Source of the DNA: a virus
Lineage: Duplodnaviria; Caudoviricetes
Virus record (IMG/VR): IMGVR_UViG_3300037453_000168
Location: 14,932 to 78,931 of that record
Strand: one strand, 5' to 3'
Length of the DNA: 64,000 nucleotides
In this document: positions 9,007-17,716 of the stretch, piece by piece
How the letters are laid out: every line of letters starts with the position of its first letter
Position numbering within the stretch: position 1 is the first letter of the stretch
Made by a program: the position numbers and the translations under genes
The notes under the pieces: model-generated
Told to the model about the DNA's origin: nothing
The model's input: the letters and a program-made list of their open reading frames with translations, nothing else
Databases searched by the model: none

Positions 9007-9374
9007 CTGAATCAATCAACAAGCCATGCCCTAAATGCGGTCGGCCGATGACGTGCATGGAGAAGGGCAGATATTGGTGTGCCGACTGTCGCATCAACTA
9101 TTATGATGATGACTATGCCTCGGTCAAGTTCATTCCAACCCACGACGACACAGAGGAGGAACTGGTCGACCATCCGGCCCATTACGGCGGCAAGGATGAC
9201 CCGTACGAGGCCATCAAGGTCATCGAGGCGTGGGGATTGGGATTCCACCTTGGCAACGCCGTCAAGTACATAGCACGCGCCGGGAAGAAGAACCCCGATA
9301 CGGAGATTGAGGATTTACGCAAGGCAGTTTGGTACATCAACCGTTTTATCGAGTTGAAGGAGGGGAAGGAATGA
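9003..9374 (+). CDS. Zn-ribbon fused to DUF3310 (T7 gp1.7/SaV-like) domain
   Basis: VDHPAHY...EAIKVIE...FHLGNAVKYIARAGKK...EDLRKAVWYINR. Confidence 0.8.
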   Translation: MTESINKPCPKCGRPMTCMEKGRYWCADCRINYYDDDYASVKFIPTHDDTEEELVDHPAHYGGKDDPYEAIKVIEAWGLGFHLGNAVKYIARAGKKNPDTEIEDLRKAVWYINRFIELKEGKE

Positions 9375-9841
9375 CCTCCCAGCGTAAGGACAGGAAGATG
9401 CACAGGAACACCGCCGACAGATTGCTGGAGGGGGTGAGGGAGCGCATCGCAGAGGTCAACAGCAACGAAGATTACTGTTATTCTATAACCGAGGCGTATG
9501 TGTTCGGCTCATACGTCAACTCCGACAGGGACATGATATCCGACCTCGACATAGCGTTGAGGGTCGAGCGTCGCTGTTCGACGGATTCAGAGCAGTACCG
9601 TCGCAGACAGGCGGAATGCCCCTACGGAGACGTGTTCCTCCAGCTGGTTTGGCCCAAGGAGGAGGTATTGAGGTTCATCCGCAACCGTTCGGGCTACATC
9701 AGCATCCACACCCTCGGCGACGTGGAGCAGGATGCGATAATATTCTCCGACAGGACGATTAGGCTGGAGGTCGAGCGATATGGCGATAGAGGTATTAGAT
9801 TTGACAGACAAGGCAACTGTTTCCGAAATGGAAAAAGTTGA
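9371..9841 (+). CDS. Minimal nucleotidyltransferase (MNT/Pol-beta superfamily)
   Basis: YVFGSY...SDLDIAL motif. Confidence 0.7.
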   Translation: MTSQRKDRKMHRNTADRLLEGVRERIAEVNSNEDYCYSITEAYVFGSYVNSDRDMISDLDIALRVERRCSTDSEQYRRRQAECPYGDVFLQLVWPKEEVLRFIRNRSGYISIHTLGDVEQDAIIFSDRTIRLEVERYGDRGIRFDRQGNCFRNGKS

Positions 9842-10085
9842 AAAGTCAAGAAAAGTCAATGAACTAAAGATTGACTTTTTGAAACCGTGTCCGAGATGCC
9901 ACACCGCTTTTGTGATTCCGTTCGAGGGGGAATGGGTGGCCGTCTGCGACTGCAACCCTTGGAGCCTTATGAAAGAGGATGCGATAGACCTCTGGAACAG
10001 GAGGATAGAGTCTTGGATGGAGACCAATAAGTCGGTCAAAGCACACATTGAAAGGGAGTTTAAAGAGTATCATTGGGAGGGATGA
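9780..10085 (+). CDS. Lar-like protein (divergent)
   Basis: LKPCPRC...CDC...EDAIDLWNRR. Confidence 0.65.
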   Translation: MAIEVLDLTDKATVSEMEKVEKSRKVNELKIDFLKPCPRCHTAFVIPFEGEWVAVCDCNPWSLMKEDAIDLWNRRIESWMETNKSVKAHIEREFKEYHWEG

Positions 10086-10372
10086 ATATGAGAACAAAGA
10101 AACATTGGATTCTAAATTATCTGAGATATCACAACGGAGTAAGTCGTAGGGATATAGTGAGGTCCTGCGGTCTTGCATCCGTAGACAATACTCTGCGCGA
10201 TACAAGACGCATGATTGACAGCAACCATATAGCGAAGAACGAATCGGGCGGATTGTATATCACGGAGGATGGGCTTGCGTACCGCGATTATGTAAGGAGT
10301 GCGATGTTCGACGAGGCGGTAGAATGGGCGGAACATCGAAAAAAGTCATATATATGCTCGACCACGGCCTGA
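10082..10372 (+). CDS. Winged-helix protein
   Basis: WILNYLRYHNGVSRRDI...LYITEDG. Confidence 0.65.
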   Translation: MNMRTKKHWILNYLRYHNGVSRRDIVRSCGLASVDNTLRDTRRMIDSNHIAKNESGGLYITEDGLAYRDYVRSAMFDEAVEWAEHRKKSYICSTTA

Positions 10373-10581
10373 TTGTGATGTATATCTATCCGACGGTACT
10401 ACCTAATGAGAAGGAGAAGGTCGTTCGCATCATGATATTCGGTGGCACTCATGAACGCAGATTGTCCATATCGCTGTATAGAAGGGATGTGTTGGAACTC
10501 TACAATGCTCTCGGAAGATACCTTGAGGATACCGAACGCAAAACGGGAGAGGATTATGAGATTATCGAGGATGAACCATGA
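10324..10581 (+). CDS. Hypothetical protein (start uncertain)
   Basis: ORF track; coupled to next gene. Confidence 0.5.
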   Translation: MGGTSKKVIYMLDHGLIVMYIYPTVLPNEKEKVVRIMIFGGTHERRLSISLYRRDVLELYNALGRYLEDTERKTGEDYEIIEDEP

Positions 10582-10820
10582 CCGAGTATCACAGGGACGG
10601 CAGAAGATTCATCAGAGAGAACTGCGAGATATGCTCTGCAAAAGACGATTGCGACGGCATAGTGGTCTATCTCGGTAATGAATTGAAGGAATCAGGGGAA
10701 TATGCGGATGCCGACCCTACCAGATTCTATTTCAGCGACAACTGTCCTTTGAGGATGATGTACGAGGGCAAGATGAAAGATGGCGAGTCGAACGACAGGC
10801 TATGGGGGATGCTCCGATGA
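10578..10820 (+). CDS. Cys-containing hypothetical protein
   Basis: CEIC...C...CPL; ATGA coupling. Confidence 0.55.
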   Translation: MTEYHRDGRRFIRENCEICSAKDDCDGIVVYLGNELKESGEYADADPTRFYFSDNCPLRMMYEGKMKDGESNDRLWGMLR

Positions 10821-11032
10821 CCGATTGCAGGACACCGATATTGAATGCCCTCGAATCGGGACCCAAGACAACCCCCGTGCTGGCTGAACTATTCGTAACG
10901 GATTGCATAGGCCATCTGTCTGCGAGGAACAAGGCATACCATCATCTTCACAAGATGATGGAGGACGGGAAGATTATCTGCATAAGGGAAGTCGGAAAGC
11001 CCAACACATGGATGCTTAACAGAGAGGGGTGA
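10817..11032 (+). CDS. Winged-helix protein
   Basis: ILNALESGPKTTPVLAE...LHKMMEDGKI...WML. Confidence 0.6.
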   Translation: MTDCRTPILNALESGPKTTPVLAELFVTDCIGHLSARNKAYHHLHKMMEDGKIICIREVGKPNTWMLNREG

Positions 11033-11033
11033 T

Positions 11034-11426
11034 ATGCCTATGGGATTATTGGATGAACCCGTGAAAGTCGGGGAATGGAACGGTCTGGAATTCTACAAGG
11101 ATTCCTTGACCGAGAGTCTGACCAGACACGCCCGTAAAATGAGCTTGCAAGGAATAGAACTCAGAGGATGGTCGGTCTATGTCGTAAAAGACATCAAGAC
11201 GGGGAACAGGGCATTCGTGCTGTTCGATGATAAGGGCATGGCATTCCGCGATTCCAATTCGATGGAGGGCATGGCCTATGAGATTGATTTCCTGAAGTCG
11301 GCCATGTCGATGGAGAACAACATAGTGGATATGGCGGAAAAGAGGAATGCGGAATCAAAGAAGAATAAAAAGAGGAAGAAAAAAGATAAGGAGCGATATC
11401 ATGGGTTTCAGGAACGGAGTAACTGA
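11034..11426 (+). CDS. Hypothetical protein
   Basis: ORF track; GAGAGGGG upstream. Confidence 0.55.
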   Translation: MPMGLLDEPVKVGEWNGLEFYKDSLTESLTRHARKMSLQGIELRGWSVYVVKDIKTGNRAFVLFDDKGMAFRDSNSMEGMAYEIDFLKSAMSMENNIVDMAEKRNAESKKNKKRKKKDKERYHGFQERSN

Positions 11427-11670
11427 ACGCTATTGTTCGGAATGCAAGAAATGGTACGAGGTAGAGGATTCGGAGGGCTTGTTCACCTGTCCTCATTGCG
11501 AGAGGAAACAGCGCATAGCGAAATGCAACAGGTGCGGATACGAGTGGAGATTGCATAGGACACGCTATCCTGATAACTGTCCGTCGTGCAAGAACCCCTA
11601 TTTCAACACCAAGCGCACGCAGACAAGGAAGGAGACGGCAAAGCTGTACATCGACAAGGTGAAATCATGA
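11401..11670 (+). CDS. Double zinc-ribbon protein
   Basis: CSEC..CPHC..CNRCG..CPSC. Confidence 0.65.
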   Translation: MGFRNGVTERYCSECKKWYEVEDSEGLFTCPHCERKQRIAKCNRCGYEWRLHRTRYPDNCPSCKNPYFNTKRTQTRKETAKLYIDKVKS

Positions 11671-11882
11671 AGTACAAAGCGATAGTCAGGAAAGATGACG
11701 GGGAATGCCTGTCGTTGGTGAAGTTCGATTCCCTTGAAGGATTGAACGAGTACATATCCAACATCAGGGAGTCGTCGGAGCAGATGCTCATACGCTTGAA
11801 CGGAACCTATCTGAAATTAACCGTCTATAAATTGCAGGACGATGAATGGAAGGAGGATATGTAGGAGACTTTGTTCCGTTGA
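11667..11882 (+). CDS. Hypothetical protein (TAG 11862 possibly read through)
   Basis: ATGA coupling at the start. Confidence 0.5.
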
Positions 11883-11930
11883 GTACCGATTATACGGTAC
11901 TTATTTAATAAAGTGCGGAGATATCTTGAC

Positions 11931-12542
11931 ATGGTGTTCAGTACATCGGGCAACAGCAGTCCGAGGATTCAGCCCGACAGATGGGAGCGTGAGATTGAGT
12001 TGCAGAAGACGTCCAACCTCACCCCGTCCGAAGCATCCATATACGTCGCAAGGGAGAGCGGACTATCCCTCTCGGACATAGCCGACGTTCAGGGTCTTAG
12101 CATCCAGACTGTGAAGAACACGCTAACGACCGCACGCAAGAAGATAAACGGAGAGGGTACGATGGAGTTCTATATCTCTAAGACGAATCAATCGAACAAC
12201 GATAGTTCGATGAACAAGCTGAATCTGTCACAGGTTCTGTCCTATCTCTGCAGAGAATTGGGATACGACGTCCTGATGATGTCGCATACAATCGTAATCA
12301 AGGGATTCGATAGGACGGTGCCAGGGGATTACAGCTGGTTCAAGGACAATGTGGAGCGCATGGTCGATATGATAGGCACTCGCAACGATGCTATGGCATC
12401 GGAGAGGGCAAAGCGCATGGTCGCAGTCTATAAACAGCGCATGATGGAGCAGGAGGTAAAGACCCCTATGTTCGGACATGCGGTACTGAAATACTATCTG
12501 GATAGATACTATATCCCCTATGACGTGAACGAGGTGGATTGA
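11931..12542 (+). CDS. Protein with sigma70-region-4/LuxR-like HTH
   Basis: LTPSEASIYVARESGLSLSDIADVQGLSIQTVKNTLTTARKKI. Confidence 0.65.
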   Translation: MVFSTSGNSSPRIQPDRWEREIELQKTSNLTPSEASIYVARESGLSLSDIADVQGLSIQTVKNTLTTARKKINGEGTMEFYISKTNQSNNDSSMNKLNLSQVLSYLCRELGYDVLMMSHTIVIKGFDRTVPGDYSWFKDNVERMVDMIGTRNDAMASERAKRMVAVYKQRMMEQEVKTPMFGHAVLKYYLDRYYIPYDVNEVD

Positions 12543-12543
12543 A

Positions 12544-13107
12544 ATGGGCAGGAAATCGAAGATACAGGAGGCAATCGAAATGGAGAACAGGACGATAGAG
12601 GAAACGACCACAGGACAGACCGAGACGTCCGACGATATGATATACCAACCCGATACCGAATCGTCGGCAGAGTCGATAGCAGACGTCGGGAAGAAACCGT
12701 CCACGGACTTCCAGCGCACGCTCACTCCCGACAGCGATTCACTCGTTGCAAAGGAATTGAGGGAGCATCCCTTCGAGTCCGATTCAGGCTCATACGTAAA
12801 GAATCTGAGATTGTCGAACACGCAGAAGGACATGATTGTGACAGAGGAACTTCGCAGAATCATCAATTCCGATAATGAGCTGTACGGGGTGCAGGTACGC
12901 ACGCTCATAGACTATCCCTACGACAAGGACGGATTCACGGTCGTATCCATGTTCGTCAACCGCGACCCCCGTTTAATCTCGATGGCTTGGGACTATTACA
13001 GGGATAACGTCGCAGACCCGACCGTGGAGAAGTTCGCCTACAAGGTGGAATCAATCATAGGCGCATCCGAGAAGTTCCGCAGAGTGGTGCATCTGAAACT
13101 GAATTAA
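12544..13107 (+). CDS. Hypothetical protein
   Basis: ORF track, 187 aa. Confidence 0.6.
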   Translation: MGRKSKIQEAIEMENRTIEETTTGQTETSDDMIYQPDTESSAESIADVGKKPSTDFQRTLTPDSDSLVAKELREHPFESDSGSYVKNLRLSNTQKDMIVTEELRRIINSDNELYGVQVRTLIDYPYDKDGFTVVSMFVNRDPRLISMAWDYYRDNVADPTVEKFAYKVESIIGASEKFRRVVHLKLN

Positions 13108-13130
13108 GCAATCATTTTAACCGAGTACCG

Positions 13131-13154
13131 CCCTCATTCGTCATCGAGTGAGGG
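13131..13154 (+). other. 10-bp stem/4-nt loop hairpin in intergenic leader
   Basis: CCCTCATTCG-TCAT-CGAGTGAGGG (one G-U pair). Confidence 0.5.
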
Positions 13155-13191
13155 TCCTCATACTTCCTGACCTCACTCACGGAGCATCGAT

Positions 13192-14076
13192 ATGGCCGAA
13201 ATCAGAAAATACAAGAAGATTCCAGAGGGAACACAGCGTATGATAGACGGTCGTATGCACACCCGTCATAACGGGGAATGGATACCCAACGATTCCAAGC
13301 CGATGGATGTAAGGAACGCTCCGAACGGAGGACGTCAGTACCGCAGACAGGGGGATAAGGAATGGCGCAACGTCGATGATTCCAAAGAGGGCATCATCGC
13401 ACAGGATGCCGATGTGAACACCCGTAATTCCGATGCGATAGCCGACAGATTGGGTGCCAGAAGACCGAGGAATGCACCGTCGAGGAGTCAGGACAAGAAG
13501 ATTATGGCATTCGGTTCGAACGGGATGGTCGGCAAACCCTGGTCGTACAAATCCCCTCTCGACTATCTGAAAGCGTATGCCCTCAGAAGTCCCAAGACCA
13601 AGGCTGGAAGATTGCTGTTCGATACAATCAATACCACCAACTGGTTCGTAACGTGGTCTAGGAACAAATCCCGTGCCAAGGCGGAGAATGAGCAGATTAA
13701 GGCCGTCGATGACGGATACGAGGATGCTATGAGGAACGTCTATGAATGGACGGACAACATAGACCCGTCGCAGTCGGTAGACAGCATATCCTCCGTCCAA
13801 CTGAACAGGATGTATAAGGAACTCAACAAGAAACTGTCCGAAATGGAAGACCAGTATGAGGACATGAGAGGTCGTACAGACCCCGATGCGCTCAGATTCA
13901 AGACGGAATACAAGGCATACCGCGATATGTATGGGACGCTCGACAGGATGGCCCGTGACGAGGAATCAAGGCGCAGGGCATTCGACGAATCGGAACGCAG
14001 AGCCAATGAACAAAGGGACAGGGCAAGGCAGAAAGCCGAGGAAATACGTCAGCGTTACAAACAAAACAACCCTTGA
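13192..14076 (+). CDS. Hypothetical basic/helical protein (possible virion-internal)
   Basis: 294 aa; N-terminal PEGTQRMIDG...GEW motif. Confidence 0.6.
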   Translation: MAEIRKYKKIPEGTQRMIDGRMHTRHNGEWIPNDSKPMDVRNAPNGGRQYRRQGDKEWRNVDDSKEGIIAQDADVNTRNSDAIADRLGARRPRNAPSRSQDKKIMAFGSNGMVGKPWSYKSPLDYLKAYALRSPKTKAGRLLFDTINTTNWFVTWSRNKSRAKAENEQIKAVDDGYEDAMRNVYEWTDNIDPSQSVDSISSVQLNRMYKELNKKLSEMEDQYEDMRGRTDPDALRFKTEYKAYRDMYGTLDRMARDEESRRRAFDESERRANEQRDRARQKAEEIRQRYKQNNP

Positions 14077-14118
14077 AAATATATTGAATAAAATCTTTTA
14101 TATAATTCAATATATTTT
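14076..14118 (+). promoter_or_regulatory. TATA box flanked by a perfect 14-bp inverted repeat (candidate operator)
   Basis: AAAATATATTGAAT-15 nt containing TTTTATATA-ATTCAATATATTTT, directly upstream of the AbrB-like gene. Confidence 0.65.
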
Positions 14119-14126
14119 TATCGAGT

Positions 14127-14414
14127 ATGGTTAGCAGTCTGCACAAACTACAATTCCTCGGTAAGATATCCAAAAGCCCAGGCGGTGGATACAAGATTTG
14201 GATTCCGAAGGACGTATCCGAGAAGATACCGCCCGAACTATGGGTTTTCGATGTCGTATATATCAGGGCGGAGGGATTCAAGCAGACCTTGAAGAATCCG
14301 CCTTGCTCTCACGCAACGGAGATTAAGAAGTACATCCCGATATACAGCGAGTTCGTGGAAACGGATTATACTAAACTCGGCAAGGTCACGGTCGAGATGG
14401 TGTACGAGATATAA
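14127..14414 (+). CDS. AbrB/SpoVT-like DNA-binding protein
   Basis: GKISKSPGGGYKIWIPKDV pattern. Confidence 0.5.
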   Translation: MVSSLHKLQFLGKISKSPGGGYKIWIPKDVSEKIPPELWVFDVVYIRAEGFKQTLKNPPCSHATEIKKYIPIYSEFVETDYTKLGKVTVEMVYEI

Positions 14415-14448
14415 GGCATGTAAGAATCTATCGAATGGAGGAAATGAA

Positions 14449-15577
14449 ATGAGCGAAACAGAAGACAGGTACAAGTGGCAAAACGAGATATACCCGAAGT
14501 GGGCTAACCAGAACTACGTCGGTCTTGTGAAAGCGTCGACAGGAGCAGGTTAACGGCAAGACCATAGCGACATGTAAGACCTTGCAACAGTTCCAGCAAG
14601 ACCATCCGTTCGATGATATACTCGTGGTAACACCATCGTCCAAACTCAACAGGATGTGGGAGGACGAACTGAAAAGGTATATGATTACCAATTTCAAAGT
14701 GATGACCTATCAGACCGCAGTCAACCGTATGCAGAGGAACGGGCTGACCTGCCGTTGTCTTATCTGTGACGAATGCCACCGTCTGGCCACACCTGTCCAA
14801 GGCCGTGTCCTCGAAATGCAACCGAGATACGTCCTCGGACTGTCGGCCACGCCAGAGGGTGCGCTGGATATCCTCGGAAAGCCGTTGGTCGATATAGACG
14901 TGAATCAGGCCAATCTGTGCGAGTTCACGGTACACTACACATCGTTCCCCATGTCCGCATCCGAGAGGGCGGAATATGATGATATAACACGTCGCATGAG
15001 GTCGAGGGCATCGCAGGTGACGGACGGCATGGCCACATCCCTACCTCCTGGCAGAGATTCATACGGCTGGGGCTCATACGATGCTCTCGCTCGCAAGAGA
15101 AGGGATATAGTCTATAAGCAGACCTCACGCATACCCTACACGGTCGCACTCGTCAAGAGGTACATCACATCGCGCATCATAATCTATACGGAACGTAGGG
15201 AAACGATGCACCGCATAGTACAGGCTCTGATGGACGAGGGGATACAATCGGTGGATGATTCCAATATACAAGCCTACGAGGACGAACGTGTCAATGTGAT
15301 GGTCCTATGCGGAAGGCTCCGTGAGGGTTTCAACAGCGTAACGACCAACATAGTCATAATGGCATCCATCAATACAGGGGTCATAAAGAACGTTCAGACA
15401 ATCGGAAGGGCATTGAGGGTAGACCCGAACAATCCTGATAAGAGGGCGCATATATTCCTGCTCATAGCACAGGGGACATCGGACGAATCGGTCATCAGGA
15501 ATACGGGCGCATATTACAAAGGGCATTCGAAGGTATCGACTATACAGCAGGAACTCGGACAGAACGTGATAGCATGA
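14449..15577 (+). pseudogene. SF2 (DExH, ResIII/XPB-like) helicase interrupted by a frameshift in Walker A
   Basis: Frame 1: MSETEDRYKWQ...GLVKASTGAG then TAA 14551; frame 2 carries GKTIA...ICDECHR...GLSATP...QTIGRALR. Net +1 shift near 14550. Confidence 0.7.
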
Positions 15578-16035
15578 GCGACGGTCAGGAAGTGAAAGAG
15601 GAAATCAGGAAGGAAGTGAGATTCAAACTCGACGACCACATCCGTACATCCCCTACATCGAAGATAGGTCGTTTCGTGGACGGTCAGGAGTTGGAGAAAT
15701 GTGTGGTATCCCAATACGCACAGTACAACAACAATCTCCGCAAGGTCGCCAACGAACAGGACGATATAGAGAAGAACAGAGGAAGGTACGGCTCTGGCTA
15801 TCATCCAGCCGAGATAGAGCTTAACCGTCCGTTCGAGCAGATTTACTTCGAATTGATGGGTCACGGATACAACGGCTCCCCGTTCCCCAACCGTATAGGG
15901 GAGCTGTATGTCTGCCGTTGCGGATTGAAGTACGAGACATCGCACAAGCTCGCACCAGAACGCTGTCCGATATGCGGAACATTGACTCCGAGAGGGGAAT
16001 TGAACCAATATTTCCCTAATTGGTATAAAAAATAA
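15574..16035 (+). CDS. Hypothetical protein with C-terminal Zn ribbon
   Basis: YVCRCG...CPICG. Confidence 0.6.
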   Translation: MSDGQEVKEEIRKEVRFKLDDHIRTSPTSKIGRFVDGQELEKCVVSQYAQYNNNLRKVANEQDDIEKNRGRYGSGYHPAEIELNRPFEQIYFELMGHGYNGSPFPNRIGELYVCRCGLKYETSHKLAPERCPICGTLTPRGELNQYFPNWYKK

Positions 16036-16037
16036 AG

Positions 16038-16071
16038 TATTATTCAATATACCGTAGTATATTGAATAATA
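16038..16071. promoter_or_regulatory. Perfect 15-bp inverted repeat with 4-nt spacer
   Basis: TATTATTCAATATAC-CGTA-GTATATTGAATAATA, upstream of ORF 16117. Confidence 0.65.
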
Positions 16072-16116
16072 TTTTATTTAATTATCAATTATATACTTGC
16101 TTTGTAATTTACACAC

Positions 16117-17712
16117 ATGGTTATCAAGAAGGAGGGTAAACGTCAGTTCCAAGATTATACCGTCGATGAACGGCAGATAATCTGGGACACTCTGGTCGAT
16201 GCTCTTGACGAAGGCGGTCACGATATCTATTCCAAAGATATTATGCCGAATCTTATCGAATCCGAGAAGGAATACATGGAGCGTGAGCAGTTCTATGGAA
16301 TAAAGTTCGACCGCAACAATTTCAAGGACTTGTATGTAATCTCGATTCTGGATGGTAATTCGATTGACCCTACCGAATCCGTTGATTTCGACAAGATTCT
16401 TAGCGATGCGAAGAACAACGGGAAACAGCAGGGGGTTCTCGACGATACGCCTATGGACAAGTCGAGGACGAAGAAGGGCGGTATGTCAATAGATGACCCC
16501 GATTTCGATGAGGTCGAGGAAAGGCTGTTCGATTTGGAGCAGGCCCTTTATAACAAGCCCACATCGTCCGTCGATTGGGATTCTCTTATCGAATATGATG
16601 AATTATACAACAGGTTTCATGGTTCGCATTATGTCTCCGACTATCAACTGCTGACAGACAGCAATGCAAGGAACGTCGTGGACAACTATCTGGACTTCGT
16701 AGCTTGGAACAATCACGGCAACGAATCGCATTGGATGGAGTACCCCGAGTTCCTGTTCCAGCCCTACACCGAGCCACAGGATATACTTCGCCATATGGAG
16801 GAACAGGGCGATATGGATTATTACGAATCCAATGATAATGTAAGGAGAGTTGTAGATATGCTACGTTCTGTGAATAAATCGAAGAAATCCAAGACTAAGA
16901 AGGCTCAGATTCTCACAGGCATGTTCGGGGATGACGATAGATTCTACAAGAGGATTCTGGAACTCGCAGAGCAGTACGCACCGCATTGCACGAAGATTTA
17001 TGCTGATATGGCAACGGATATCGTATGGGACTTGCCGTCTGGAAACCACCCAGGATTGTTCCTGTCCTATCATGAGCATGAGGGTGAATCGTTCTTCACA
17101 GGCTCTGTCACGGCTTGGAGACACCTTGAGTTCCCTGAGAACACAGCCGACGGGGAAATGCCCGAGCAGATGGGCATTCTCGCAAGGACGATGATAGACC
17201 AGTCCAATAGCGGAGGAATCTCCGAGAGCAATCTCATAGCCTACATGCAGGAGATGGATATCATGTGTGCGGAATTACAGAACATGACGAAATCCAAGAC
17301 CAAGAAGGACGAGAAGAAGATTCCTGTCTCCGATGATGATACCGTGGAGATTGAGGAAATGGACGGGAAGAGGTACGTCGAAATCGAACCCAAAGAGGAA
17401 CACGCAGAGGAAGTCCAGACAGGTTACGAGAAGGAATCTGATGACCTCAATACCGAGGACAACATCACGCATCCAGATACATCCAAACCGAAGAAGTCCA
17501 AGACCAAAGAAGTCGTGAAGATGAACCAGTCGCAGTCGATGGAGGTCTGCATGGACTATCAGTTAAGGAACAACCGCATAGGGCTCACCAAGTCCGAGAT
17601 TATCCAGATGACTGGAAACGACCCCGAGCAGATATTCAGGCCGTTCATATCGTCAGGCAGGATAGCGAAGGTGAAGTGCTCTGACGGATACATATACAGA
17701 TTCAGGATGTGA
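16117..17712 (+). CDS. Acidic modular protein with repeated KS(R/K)TKK linkers (candidate internal head polyprotein)
   Basis: Linkers DKSRTKKG, KSKKSKTKKA, TKSKTKKD and KKSKTKE separate acidic blocks. Confidence 0.6.
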   Translation: MVIKKEGKRQFQDYTVDERQIIWDTLVDALDEGGHDIYSKDIMPNLIESEKEYMEREQFYGIKFDRNNFKDLYVISILDGNSIDPTESVDFDKILSDAKNNGKQQGVLDDTPMDKSRTKKGGMSIDDPDFDEVEERLFDLEQALYNKPTSSVDWDSLIEYDELYNRFHGSHYVSDYQLLTDSNARNVVDNYLDFVAWNNHGNESHWMEYPEFLFQPYTEPQDILRHMEEQGDMDYYESNDNVRRVVDMLRSVNKSKKSKTKKAQILTGMFGDDDRFYKRILELAEQYAPHCTKIYADMATDIVWDLPSGNHPGLFLSYHEHEGESFFTGSVTAWRHLEFPENTADGEMPEQMGILARTMIDQSNSGGISESNLIAYMQEMDIMCAELQNMTKSKTKKDEKKIPVSDDDTVEIEEMDGKRYVEIEPKEEHAEEVQTGYEKESDDLNTEDNITHPDTSKPKKSKTKEVVKMNQSQSMEVCMDYQLRNNRIGLTKSEIIQMTGNDPEQIFRPFISSGRIAKVKCSDGYIYRFRM

Positions 17713-17716
17713 TTAT

